From: Candidatus Altiarchaeota archaeon
GTDB taxonomy: Archaea; Altiarchaeota; Altiarchaeia; IMC4; SCGC-AAA252-I15
DNA: 59,814 nucleotides
Direction of reading: 5' to 3'
NCBI GenBank assembly: GCA_043804895.1
Contig: JAZDIN010000003.1
Location: forward strand, 1 to 59,814
Below the pieces are notes generated by a model. The model saw only the letters and a list, made by a program, of their open reading frames with translations, did no database searches and was not told the DNA's origin. The stretch's first letter is position 1, and each line of letters begins with the position of its first letter. This document shows positions 52,479-59,814 of this stretch, piece by piece. The translations under genes were made by a program, and so were the position numbers.

Positions 52479-52967
52479 ATGGGTACAGAGAGAGTTCACG
52501 TGTTCACCGCTATGGTCGAGCACAAGCCGGGTGTCATGCAGAGGATTTCCTCGCTTTTCGCAAGGCGTAAGTTCAACATAGAGAGCATCACCGTCGGTGC
52601 AACCGACCACCCTGAGGTCGCTAGGATGACGATTGTGACCCGAGGCGACGACAAGGTGTTGGAGCAGATCCAGAAGCAGATGAACAAGCTGGTGAACGTC
52701 ATAAAGGTTACTGACATGTCACCTGAGGAGGCTGTGTGTCGGGAGCTTTGCATCGTGAAGGTCAACACCCCCACAGAGAAGCACAAGACTCAGGTGATAC
52801 AGTATGCGAACGTTTTCAGGGGCAACGTCGTGGACGTGAGCCCGAAGAGCCTGGCTGTGGAGATAATCGGCGACACGAAGAAGATTAACGCGTTCCTTAA
52901 CCTGATGAGGGTTTTCGGCATAAAGGAGATAGCCAGGACCGGGGCTACCGCGATACAGAGGGGTTGA
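52479..52967 (+). CDS. ilvH: Acetolactate synthase small (regulatory, ACT-domain) subunit
   Basis: MGTERVHVFTAMVEHKPGVMQRISSLFARRKFNIESITVG is a typical IlvH/IlvN start. The track ORF starts at GTG 52443, inside the repeated element. Confidence 0.8.
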   Translation: MGTERVHVFTAMVEHKPGVMQRISSLFARRKFNIESITVGATDHPEVARMTIVTRGDDKVLEQIQKQMNKLVNVIKVTDMSPEEAVCRELCIVKVNTPTEKHKTQVIQYANVFRGNVVDVSPKSLAVEIIGDTKKINAFLNLMRVFGIKEIARTGATAIQRG

Positions 52968-52973
52968 CGGCAA

Positions 52974-54047
52974 ATGCGCTGGTCCTATCGACTATTCCGG
53001 GTGAATGGGATATCCATAGAACTCCATCTGACATTCATACTGTTCTTCATGCTGATATTCATGTCCTCAGGGTGGCCTGGGTTCATGTTCTTCATACTCA
53101 TCTTCGCGACTGTGCTCGCCCATGAGCTGATACACTCATTGACTGCGGTGCTCCACGGGATTAGGGTGCCTAAGATAATGCTTCTACCTATCGGAGGCCT
53201 CGCGAGCATCGAGATGCCTGACGACCCGATTCTTGAGCTTAAGGTTTCAATCGTTGGGCCGCTCTTCAACTTCATGTTAGCTGGCGTGGGCTTACTGATG
53301 TTCTCGGCTTTGAACTCCAGTTTCGTCGGCTACGGTACTGTAGTCGATTGGGTGTTCTCCGGCTCGTTCGGGATGGACAGCGTCTCGGCTGTGTTGAGCG
53401 TTATAGTCTCGATAAACCTCACACTCGGCTTATTCAACATGCTACCTGCCTTCCCGATGGACGGCGGCAGGGTCTTCAGGAGCATCCTCGCGTTCTGGAT
53501 GGACTATGTGAAAGCCACGAAGATTGCGACCCTGGTAGGTCAGCTGATATTCTCCGCCCTCGCGTTCATAGGGATACTGACGTTCAACATATGGTGGGTT
53601 ATAATAGGCATGTTCCTGTCCTATGCAGGCGGGAGCGAACTCAAGTACGTTAACCTGAAGGCGCTCGTCAGCGGCGTGAAGCTTAGGGACATCGCAGTGC
53701 CGGGGCTGATTTACGTTAACTCCTCCCTCTCCTGGGGCGACTTCCTCTCAACAGTCTATCGGAGAGGCCGCAGCCTCTACCTGACTGTGGACTCATCAGG
53801 CGTCGTGAAGGGCGTCTTGGACTTGGCTGAGTTGCGGTCCGCCGACCTTAACAGGCCTGTCGGCGATGCCCCGGCAACTGAATATTCTGTGTTGGACGGC
53901 GGCTTAATGGTGTCAGGCATACTGAAGGTTCTCCTATCCCAGAAGCTTGTGCTAGTGTCAGATGGTGGAAGGCTACTCGGCTATGTCACACCCGAGACAT
54001 TAGCTGACTCAGCAGCGTATATGAGCCTTTCCAGGACACTCCGCTAA
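52974..54047 (+). CDS. Site-2 protease (M50 family) with C-terminal CBS pair
   Basis: HELIHSL (HExxH) in a TM helix, NMLPAFPMDGGRVF (NxxPxxxxDG), C-terminal CBS-like repeats. Confidence 0.85.
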   Translation: MRWSYRLFRVNGISIELHLTFILFFMLIFMSSGWPGFMFFILIFATVLAHELIHSLTAVLHGIRVPKIMLLPIGGLASIEMPDDPILELKVSIVGPLFNFMLAGVGLLMFSALNSSFVGYGTVVDWVFSGSFGMDSVSAVLSVIVSINLTLGLFNMLPAFPMDGGRVFRSILAFWMDYVKATKIATLVGQLIFSALAFIGILTFNIWWVIIGMFLSYAGGSELKYVNLKALVSGVKLRDIAVPGLIYVNSSLSWGDFLSTVYRRGRSLYLTVDSSGVVKGVLDLAELRSADLNRPVGDAPATEYSVLDGGLMVSGILKVLLSQKLVLVSDGGRLLGYVTPETLADSAAYMSLSRTLR

Positions 54048-54085
54048 GGGTTATTTAATCATATAGCCCCATAAGTACATTGATT

Positions 54086-55579
54086 ATGGATTGGGGTGAA
54101 GGCAGGCGGCTGCAGACTGTTCTACTCATATTAGCTGTCCTAGCTCCGACCACCACATCGGCAGTGGATAAAGGCTTGTGTGAACGTGCCATCAGGCTTG
54201 TGTGGCCTGTCCCGATGACCGGAGTCACTGATAGCGGGACTGGGTTGGCTAAGAAGGGAAGCGACTTGGCTGAGGACGCGATACCCTCCATATTCGATGG
54301 CGGCGACCCAGACTACCACCCCGGCCATGACTTGAACATCCCAGACAGCGAGCAAGTCTCAGCAGTGTTCAGCGGAACAGTAGAAACCGAAGTAGAACCG
54401 TCTGACGACGACCCGGGCACGTACCAGAAGGGTCGCTATATAACGCTCACCTCCACTGACGGAAGGTTTAAAGCAATCTACAGCCACCTGTTAAACACAA
54501 TAAACACGAAGGCTAAGGATAAAATTGACGTCAATGCCGGGGACACCATAGGGCGGGCCGGCGGCGGACAGCAAAACGATACCTTCCGCGGGGACAGCAG
54601 TGGTCCGAGACTGTATTTTGAGCTTTGGGACACTACTAGTAATAAAATCATTGACCCGTACACGTGCGTCCCGAACACGTGCAGGTTCTGGTACATCAAC
54701 TCAGGGTCCATGACAAGGGAGCAGTGCGTTCCGGACTTCTACAACACAGCATCCTGTGAGATGGGTGTTGATGGTGATAACTATGAATTGCCTTCGTATG
54801 CGTGCACAGACGACGACGGCTACTCTGATGACAAGTATTACGCCCAGGTTAATGTGAAAAAGGATGGTACGCTGGACCTCTCCTGCGAGGACGTAGACGA
54901 TACCATGTACTATGACACAAAATGCAAGTGCGAGATTTATAACGAGGAAATCTACCCGTTTTTCGCTCTAAACGATGCCCCCAAGAAGGAACTCAACTGC
55001 TTCCTCAAGTTCATAAGGGTCTATTACGACGGCACCTGGGAATGTGGGGCCATTGATGAGGATGCGGTCGTTTACCCCTCACCCCTCTCTGAAATCCCAG
55101 CGGATTGCACGCACATAGTCTCCCTTGGGATATCAGACCAGACTAACGCCACCAACCAGGGTTACACGCTCCTGCAGCAGATAACTGCAGCTAAAAGCAC
55201 AGAAATAGAAGACTTCGTCATAGTCGGCAGCGAATACACGATACTGGGCGTTAATGACAGGAGATTAATAGACGACGTGATAAGCAAAGGAAAGGATCCG
55301 GGCCTCACATTCTACTACACAGACTATATTCTGGCGCGCTCATGCGACCTCGCAGGCCAGACGATGATATCAACCGACTGCAAGGACAAGCCGCTTTCAC
55401 TGAACGTTCAACAGAACGAAAGCAAAAACTACAATAAACGGGTGAGCGACGGCGGATTCGAGGAATGCCAGTACGACCTATTCGACGCCGGCAAATACTA
55501 CGATACGCCAGGCCTCTACATTTCGACGTTCTGGCTTTCCAGGCTGGCGGCGATGAAGGGGTCCACATACCATTATTGA
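54086..55579 (+). CDS. Secreted protein with a degenerate LytM/M23 peptidase domain and a Cys-rich C-terminal region
   Basis: Signal peptide. YHPGHDL (HxxxD, nt 54317-54331) is present. The second metal motif reads GDSSGPRLYFEL where M23 enzymes have GPHLHFE (nt 54605-54622). TTG 54080 / ATG 54086. Confidence 0.65.
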   Translation: MDWGEGRRLQTVLLILAVLAPTTTSAVDKGLCERAIRLVWPVPMTGVTDSGTGLAKKGSDLAEDAIPSIFDGGDPDYHPGHDLNIPDSEQVSAVFSGTVETEVEPSDDDPGTYQKGRYITLTSTDGRFKAIYSHLLNTINTKAKDKIDVNAGDTIGRAGGGQQNDTFRGDSSGPRLYFELWDTTSNKIIDPYTCVPNTCRFWYINSGSMTREQCVPDFYNTASCEMGVDGDNYELPSYACTDDDGYSDDKYYAQVNVKKDGTLDLSCEDVDDTMYYDTKCKCEIYNEEIYPFFALNDAPKKELNCFLKFIRVYYDGTWECGAIDEDAVVYPSPLSEIPADCTHIVSLGISDQTNATNQGYTLLQQITAAKSTEIEDFVIVGSEYTILGVNDRRLIDDVISKGKDPGLTFYYTDYILARSCDLAGQTMISTDCKDKPLSLNVQQNESKNYNKRVSDGGFEECQYDLFDAGKYYDTPGLYISTFWLSRLAAMKGSTYHY

Positions 55580-55583
55580 CAAG

Positions 55584-57821
55584 ATGATTAACGGAAAGAA
55601 CGTTAAGCGGGCGGGATACTGGGGCGCCATCAGAATCGCTGCTGTACTCATTGTATTGTCCCTCGCACTCTACCCTGCGGATGCTAAAGACCTCAAAGAA
55701 TACGGGCACGACACCGAAGATTATTTGAACGCGTGGAACAACGAGACTGTCGCCAGGATGATGGGCTGCGACAACTGTTCGAAAGGTGACGACACGTGCA
55801 GCCTCGGCTCAGCAATCGCAGCGGTAATGGAGAGGGAAAATCCTGGTGTTGATGTCTGCGGCTACGTGAGGAGGCCTGCAGACTATTACGGGTACTTGGA
55901 CGCGGATGACCACCGTGCCTTAGAGAATAACCTTTACACGAGACACGACGGCGTATACGACACCAAATTAGACTACGAGAGCGGCATACCGGACATTAAG
56001 GCTATTGTGAACGACTCAGTGCAGTCGATTGTCACCAACGTCAGCGCCTACTTCGTAAGGGAGTCGGAGTGGAGGGGGATACCATACTGGCTTCACATCC
56101 AAGACCCAGGGCCGGCCGGGGACGAGGTGGACATGCAAAATTGGGTGATGCCGTGCGCACGAAGCGAGGAGACAGGCGACCCCACCGACGTCGAGTACTA
56201 TTGCAGGTGGAATTGGAACAACGAGAACGAGGTTTGCAGGGAGAGGGTGAAGATTGATGAAGACAAATGCGAGTGCGACGACAACCCAACCTGGCATATG
56301 GAAGACAGGTATGGTAATCCCATAGCCGATGAGGACAAAAGCAAGTGCGTGCTAAACGAAGCAGAGCAGAGCGAGTACGACGTCAACTATGAAATAGACA
56401 AAAACAGCGCCAACTTCCTCGTCCGCACATGCTACGAGGAGCCTAGCATCCAGCAGCCAGGCTGCGAAGGCTGCGTAAAAGGGCCGTGGGATGACAAAGA
56501 GTACTTAGACCTAACCGACTGCGAATGCCCACTATGTACAGGGCTCCTGCCCCCAGATGGGTGTCTGAAGGACCCTGACGACCCCTCCAGCGTTTGCATC
56601 CCAACGTCAGACTGTAAAATGAAGGATTGCACAGACGAAATGTGCAGGGGCAACACGGAAACCTGCTCAACTGAGGACTGCGAGCACCTCAGGTGGGAGG
56701 AGAATACCCCATGTTTCGAGGGCGGCGGCCCGTATGGTTCAGTCCCTGACGAATGCGACGAAGAGGGCTGCTGGTGCTGCTGGAAGTGCAACCCAGCCGC
56801 GCAGGGAACCCACGATGACGTGGAGAACTACTGCGCCCCAGGGGGGGCAATAGTGAAGGAGGATTTCGGAGACTTCGCGGTGTTCACCTACGATGACTAC
56901 CCGGTGCGGCTTCCAAACGGATACGACCTCAACGACGACATACTAATCTACGACCCTGAGGAAAACACTTACACCCTCCCTGGCACAATGCCAGACGTCC
57001 TGTCCGGCGATGATAACGACCTCGTGCGCGACAGGTACTGGAAGCACAACGCGACTGACACTGAATTCTACGGTACGCGCCCAGGATACTGCAACAACGA
57101 AACCCCAAACCACGACTGCATAGAAGACCCCAACGAAAGGGATGTCATGGACCGGCCGGCGAGCAGGCAACACGACCCATGCAAGGAGTGCTTGGAGAAA
57201 GAGGACTCGGACGACCCGTTCTGCCCCAACGAATGCTTCAACTACGATTTAAGGTACTACAGGCAGTTCAACCTGGACAGCGTATGGGTTAACGTGTTCA
57301 AGATAGTGCCTGAAGTGCACTACCCGTTGACCCCACCTCCGGAGGAGAAGATACCTGACACGAACATAGAATGCCTTAACACGGCCGAGGGAAGGTACGA
57401 ATGCAAAGATTTGATTGAACTACACCAGCGGGGGTGTGCTGTAACATGGGATGTTTGGCATTATGTCGATGATTGTGTTCCAGGGCTTGACTGCGTGTAC
57501 GAGCACCCGGAGTTTTGGAACTGGTTACACAATCGCTTTGAAAGGTATTGTTGTCCTCCGAAAACAGAATACCGGGATGGCTGCTGCAGGGACTTGGAGA
57601 CCCACTTGTGCATCTTAACCGGGTATGAGTGCCCGATAGAGGCGAGAGGCGAATACCTCTACGGAGTCGGCGAGGCGGGGTGTAGACTCGACACCAGCAT
57701 CACGAACTGGCTTGAAAATCTCTTCGAGGGCGGAGGCTTTTTACTTCAAACCGACTGTGCCGATTACTATAATCCGTTGGGGAAATACCCTCTCAACATA
57801 GAAGAACAAAGGTGCAGATAA
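55584..57821 (+). CDS. Secreted Cys- and Asp/Glu-rich large protein
   Basis: 745 aa. Signal anchor AAVLIVLSLALYPADA. More than 50 Cys, many in CxxC / C-x-C contexts. 4-nt gap from the upstream gene. Confidence 0.75.
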   Translation: MINGKNVKRAGYWGAIRIAAVLIVLSLALYPADAKDLKEYGHDTEDYLNAWNNETVARMMGCDNCSKGDDTCSLGSAIAAVMERENPGVDVCGYVRRPADYYGYLDADDHRALENNLYTRHDGVYDTKLDYESGIPDIKAIVNDSVQSIVTNVSAYFVRESEWRGIPYWLHIQDPGPAGDEVDMQNWVMPCARSEETGDPTDVEYYCRWNWNNENEVCRERVKIDEDKCECDDNPTWHMEDRYGNPIADEDKSKCVLNEAEQSEYDVNYEIDKNSANFLVRTCYEEPSIQQPGCEGCVKGPWDDKEYLDLTDCECPLCTGLLPPDGCLKDPDDPSSVCIPTSDCKMKDCTDEMCRGNTETCSTEDCEHLRWEENTPCFEGGGPYGSVPDECDEEGCWCCWKCNPAAQGTHDDVENYCAPGGAIVKEDFGDFAVFTYDDYPVRLPNGYDLNDDILIYDPEENTYTLPGTMPDVLSGDDNDLVRDRYWKHNATDTEFYGTRPGYCNNETPNHDCIEDPNERDVMDRPASRQHDPCKECLEKEDSDDPFCPNECFNYDLRYYRQFNLDSVWVNVFKIVPEVHYPLTPPPEEKIPDTNIECLNTAEGRYECKDLIELHQRGCAVTWDVWHYVDDCVPGLDCVYEHPEFWNWLHNRFERYCCPPKTEYRDGCCRDLETHLCILTGYECPIEARGEYLYGVGEAGCRLDTSITNWLENLFEGGGFLLQTDCADYYNPLGKYPLNIEEQRCR

Positions 57822-57822
57822 C

Positions 57823-59814
57823 ATGAATGTCAGAAGAAATGGAAGGGGGGACGGCACGGCTAAAAAAATAGCAATAGCGTTGATGCTGTTGTCAGTCGTG
57901 GTGACCGTGTCCGGGGAAGACCATAAATGCGGCCAATCAGACCCGATCAGGCACTGCTGCCCTATAGGATACAAGTATGACCTCACATACAAGTGCTGTC
58001 TGCCGAAGGAAATTGCTGTCAGGTCTGTGGAGATGTACGAGACAATAGATTTGCCGCCTATTATAATTGATCCCACTGCAGGTTGGTCGTATTCTGGCTA
58101 TTTTGGCGGTGACAACTGCATGGGGTACTGCGAAGCCAAGATGAGAGAGACAAAACCGCCCTTCACACCTGATGATGAGAAGATTAAGTGCGGCTACGGG
58201 GAAGGCGGATGCAGGACAAAGGACAGGACTGGTATATCTGACGTGGACGAGTGCGAACCCGGACTCGTTTGCTCGAGGAACCCCGGCAGCAATGACCCAC
58301 TCGACTCCGCATGCTGTAGGCCAGGCCAGACGTGGAATGGGAGGGAGTGCGTCAGAATGGACGAGGACAGGCTCACCCCATGGCGCGCCTCATGGACTGT
58401 GAGTAAAGGAACAGACGCCACAAAACCAGACATCCTAAGCATCGGAGGAGGCGGTCCAATAAAAATCTACACCGTAGGCGGGGGCGTCCTCCCAAACAAG
58501 ACTGAGGCAGCCACCGGAGGAGGCTGCGAGAGAGACTTAAGATTCATGGGAGAAAACGAGGGATGCGATAGCGTTGAAGGCACCTGCCTCTACTGCGACG
58601 GCTCATGGCCCTACCGCTGCCCCCCAAGCCCCATATGGTTCGAAGCACGGAACCTCGGCAAAGAATACCAGACCGGGGGGCAGATAGCGGTCTGCAACGG
58701 CCCATTCGACGGCGTCGACGCCACAGTACAGCCTAATGAGGGCATAGAATTGGACCTGCCCAAAACCCTCGAATGCATAGGCGAAAGCTGCAACTGCGGC
58801 CGCGTCATGAGAAGCGCGGGAGAGAGCGGGGACGTCGGTGTGGGGGACAAGGAGGATGGCAAAATAGATGACAGTCCTGGTTTAACCGGCGATCACAAAT
58901 GCGACGAATACCATGGGACCGCATCCTGTAATGATATGGAGGAGACGAGTTGCGTGAGGGGGACTAACAGTTCAGGCACTGGACACAAATGCAACCAACT
59001 ACTGTGGGGTCATGGGTTGTTTGACCCGGACCCCATGACTCTCATAGTCAACAGCACCCCTGTTTCGCCGCTCATGGTCAATGTCGCCGGGGATACGGTG
59101 CCCCGCGTGAACCCGCCTGATGCGTGCGGGAGGATACAGCGGAAGGAAGTCGTCGACTACCCGTACGGAGGACGCCCAGACAATTGGTTCGACTACACAG
59201 TGACTGAATACGACAAAGACGGCGACCTGCTCTCCACGACACCCTACAACAACGTCGAGAAGGGTTTGAGGGAGAACGTCCTCAAACCCCCTGCTGACCC
59301 GACCACAGTCCTCAACGACAACGTCCAGGAGCACAGCCTCAGCGATGAGTCAAAGAAACTCAAGATTGACGTCAACTACACGATACGGAACGAGTTGAGG
59401 AGGCAGCCTATAGTGGAACAGTGCAGCTGGATAGGTTGCAGCAGAATCGAGGAGCTGGTGATAAACTACACGCAAACGATCTGCCTGGAGCGGTGCGACG
59501 GAAGCTGGGATTGCGACTCAGAGGTTAAAACCGACGGTGATATACCGTGCTGCTGCTCAGACGAAACTGACCCCGCGAGCTTCCCCTGCACCCCACTATT
59601 ACCCATTAATGAACGTTGGTGTTGCGGCAGCCTGGAATGCGGCCCAGCGTGTGGAGGAACACCATGTTTCCCCAAGTTTCTGAAAGTGAAGGAGAAGCAT
59701 GACTGCAACTGCGAGTACGCGTGTTGGGGTTGCTGGCACATGGGCGGGGAGACGTTAGACTACCCTGTTACGAAGACTAACCCAGACACCGAAGAGGAGG
59801 AGATTGTGTATGAG
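57823..59814 (+). CDS. Secreted Cys-rich large protein, 3-prime partial (runs off the window)
   Basis: Not in the ORF track because no stop is reached. I read ATG 57823 (MNVRRNGRGDGTAKKIAIALMLLSVVVTVSGEDHKCG...) open in frame for 664 codons to 59814. The start is 1 nt after the upstream stop. Confidence 0.7.
   Translation, partial: MNVRRNGRGDGTAKKIAIALMLLSVVVTVSGEDHKCGQSDPIRHCCPIGYKYDLTYKCCLPKEIAVRSVEMYETIDLPPIIIDPTAGWSYSGYFGGDNCMGYCEAKMRETKPPFTPDDEKIKCGYGEGGCRTKDRTGISDVDECEPGLVCSRNPGSNDPLDSACCRPGQTWNGRECVRMDEDRLTPWRASWTVSKGTDATKPDILSIGGGGPIKIYTVGGGVLPNKTEAATGGGCERDLRFMGENEGCDSVEGTCLYCDGSWPYRCPPSPIWFEARNLGKEYQTGGQIAVCNGPFDGVDATVQPNEGIELDLPKTLECIGESCNCGRVMRSAGESGDVGVGDKEDGKIDDSPGLTGDHKCDEYHGTASCNDMEETSCVRGTNSSGTGHKCNQLLWGHGLFDPDPMTLIVNSTPVSPLMVNVAGDTVPRVNPPDACGRIQRKEVVDYPYGGRPDNWFDYTVTEYDKDGDLLSTTPYNNVEKGLRENVLKPPADPTTVLNDNVQEHSLSDESKKLKIDVNYTIRNELRRQPIVEQCSWIGCSRIEELVINYTQTICLERCDGSWDCDSEVKTDGDIPCCCSDETDPASFPCTPLLPINERWCCGSLECGPACGGTPCFPKFLKVKEKHDCNCEYACWGCWHMGGETLDYPVTKTNPDTEEEEIVYE

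Overview
Compact archaeal chromosomal window. The archaeal markers are aIF2 alpha and beta, Nop10, glycerol-1-phosphate dehydrogenase plus GGGP synthase, and AglB. Coding density is very high, with many 1-11 nt gene overlaps and mostly leaderless-looking starts. All product calls come from motifs I recognise by eye; no searches were run. Housekeeping blocks: aglB; a glycosylation cluster (Dol-P-Man synthase-like GT2, two SDR sugar epimerase/dehydratases, two GT-C membrane proteins); thrC; bacterial-type uvrB-uvrA-uvrC; pepF; aIF2beta-DUF424-egsA-GGGPS-hisH; purE/dapB; aIF2alpha-nop10-PAC2; ilvH plus a site-2 protease. Accessory content is large. (1) Five tandem VirB2/TrbC-like mini-pilin paralogs converge on aglB. 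(2) There are three or four toxin-antitoxin type cassettes (HEPN/MNT, hicAB, two orphan hicB-like). Two of them are bracketed by duplicated ends of the neighbouring housekeeping gene. (3) There are several very large or Cys-rich secreted proteins: a 1566-aa protein with ten Cys/Asp repeats, and a degenerate LytM/M23 operon running off the window end. (4) An island encodes lipobox/Thr-linker secreted proteins. (5) A tailed histone-fold protein is present. (6) A 2134-aa orphan membrane-anchored giant protein is translationally coupled to a PAP2_C-like mini-enzyme. (7) Perfect GC-rich intergenic hairpins include a four-member set with a compensatory base-pair change, and a roughly 100-nt structured element is repeated in front of two unrelated operons. 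I found no rRNA, tRNA, CRISPR array, transposase or integrase. Many track ORFs are antisense shadows of long genes and are not reported.
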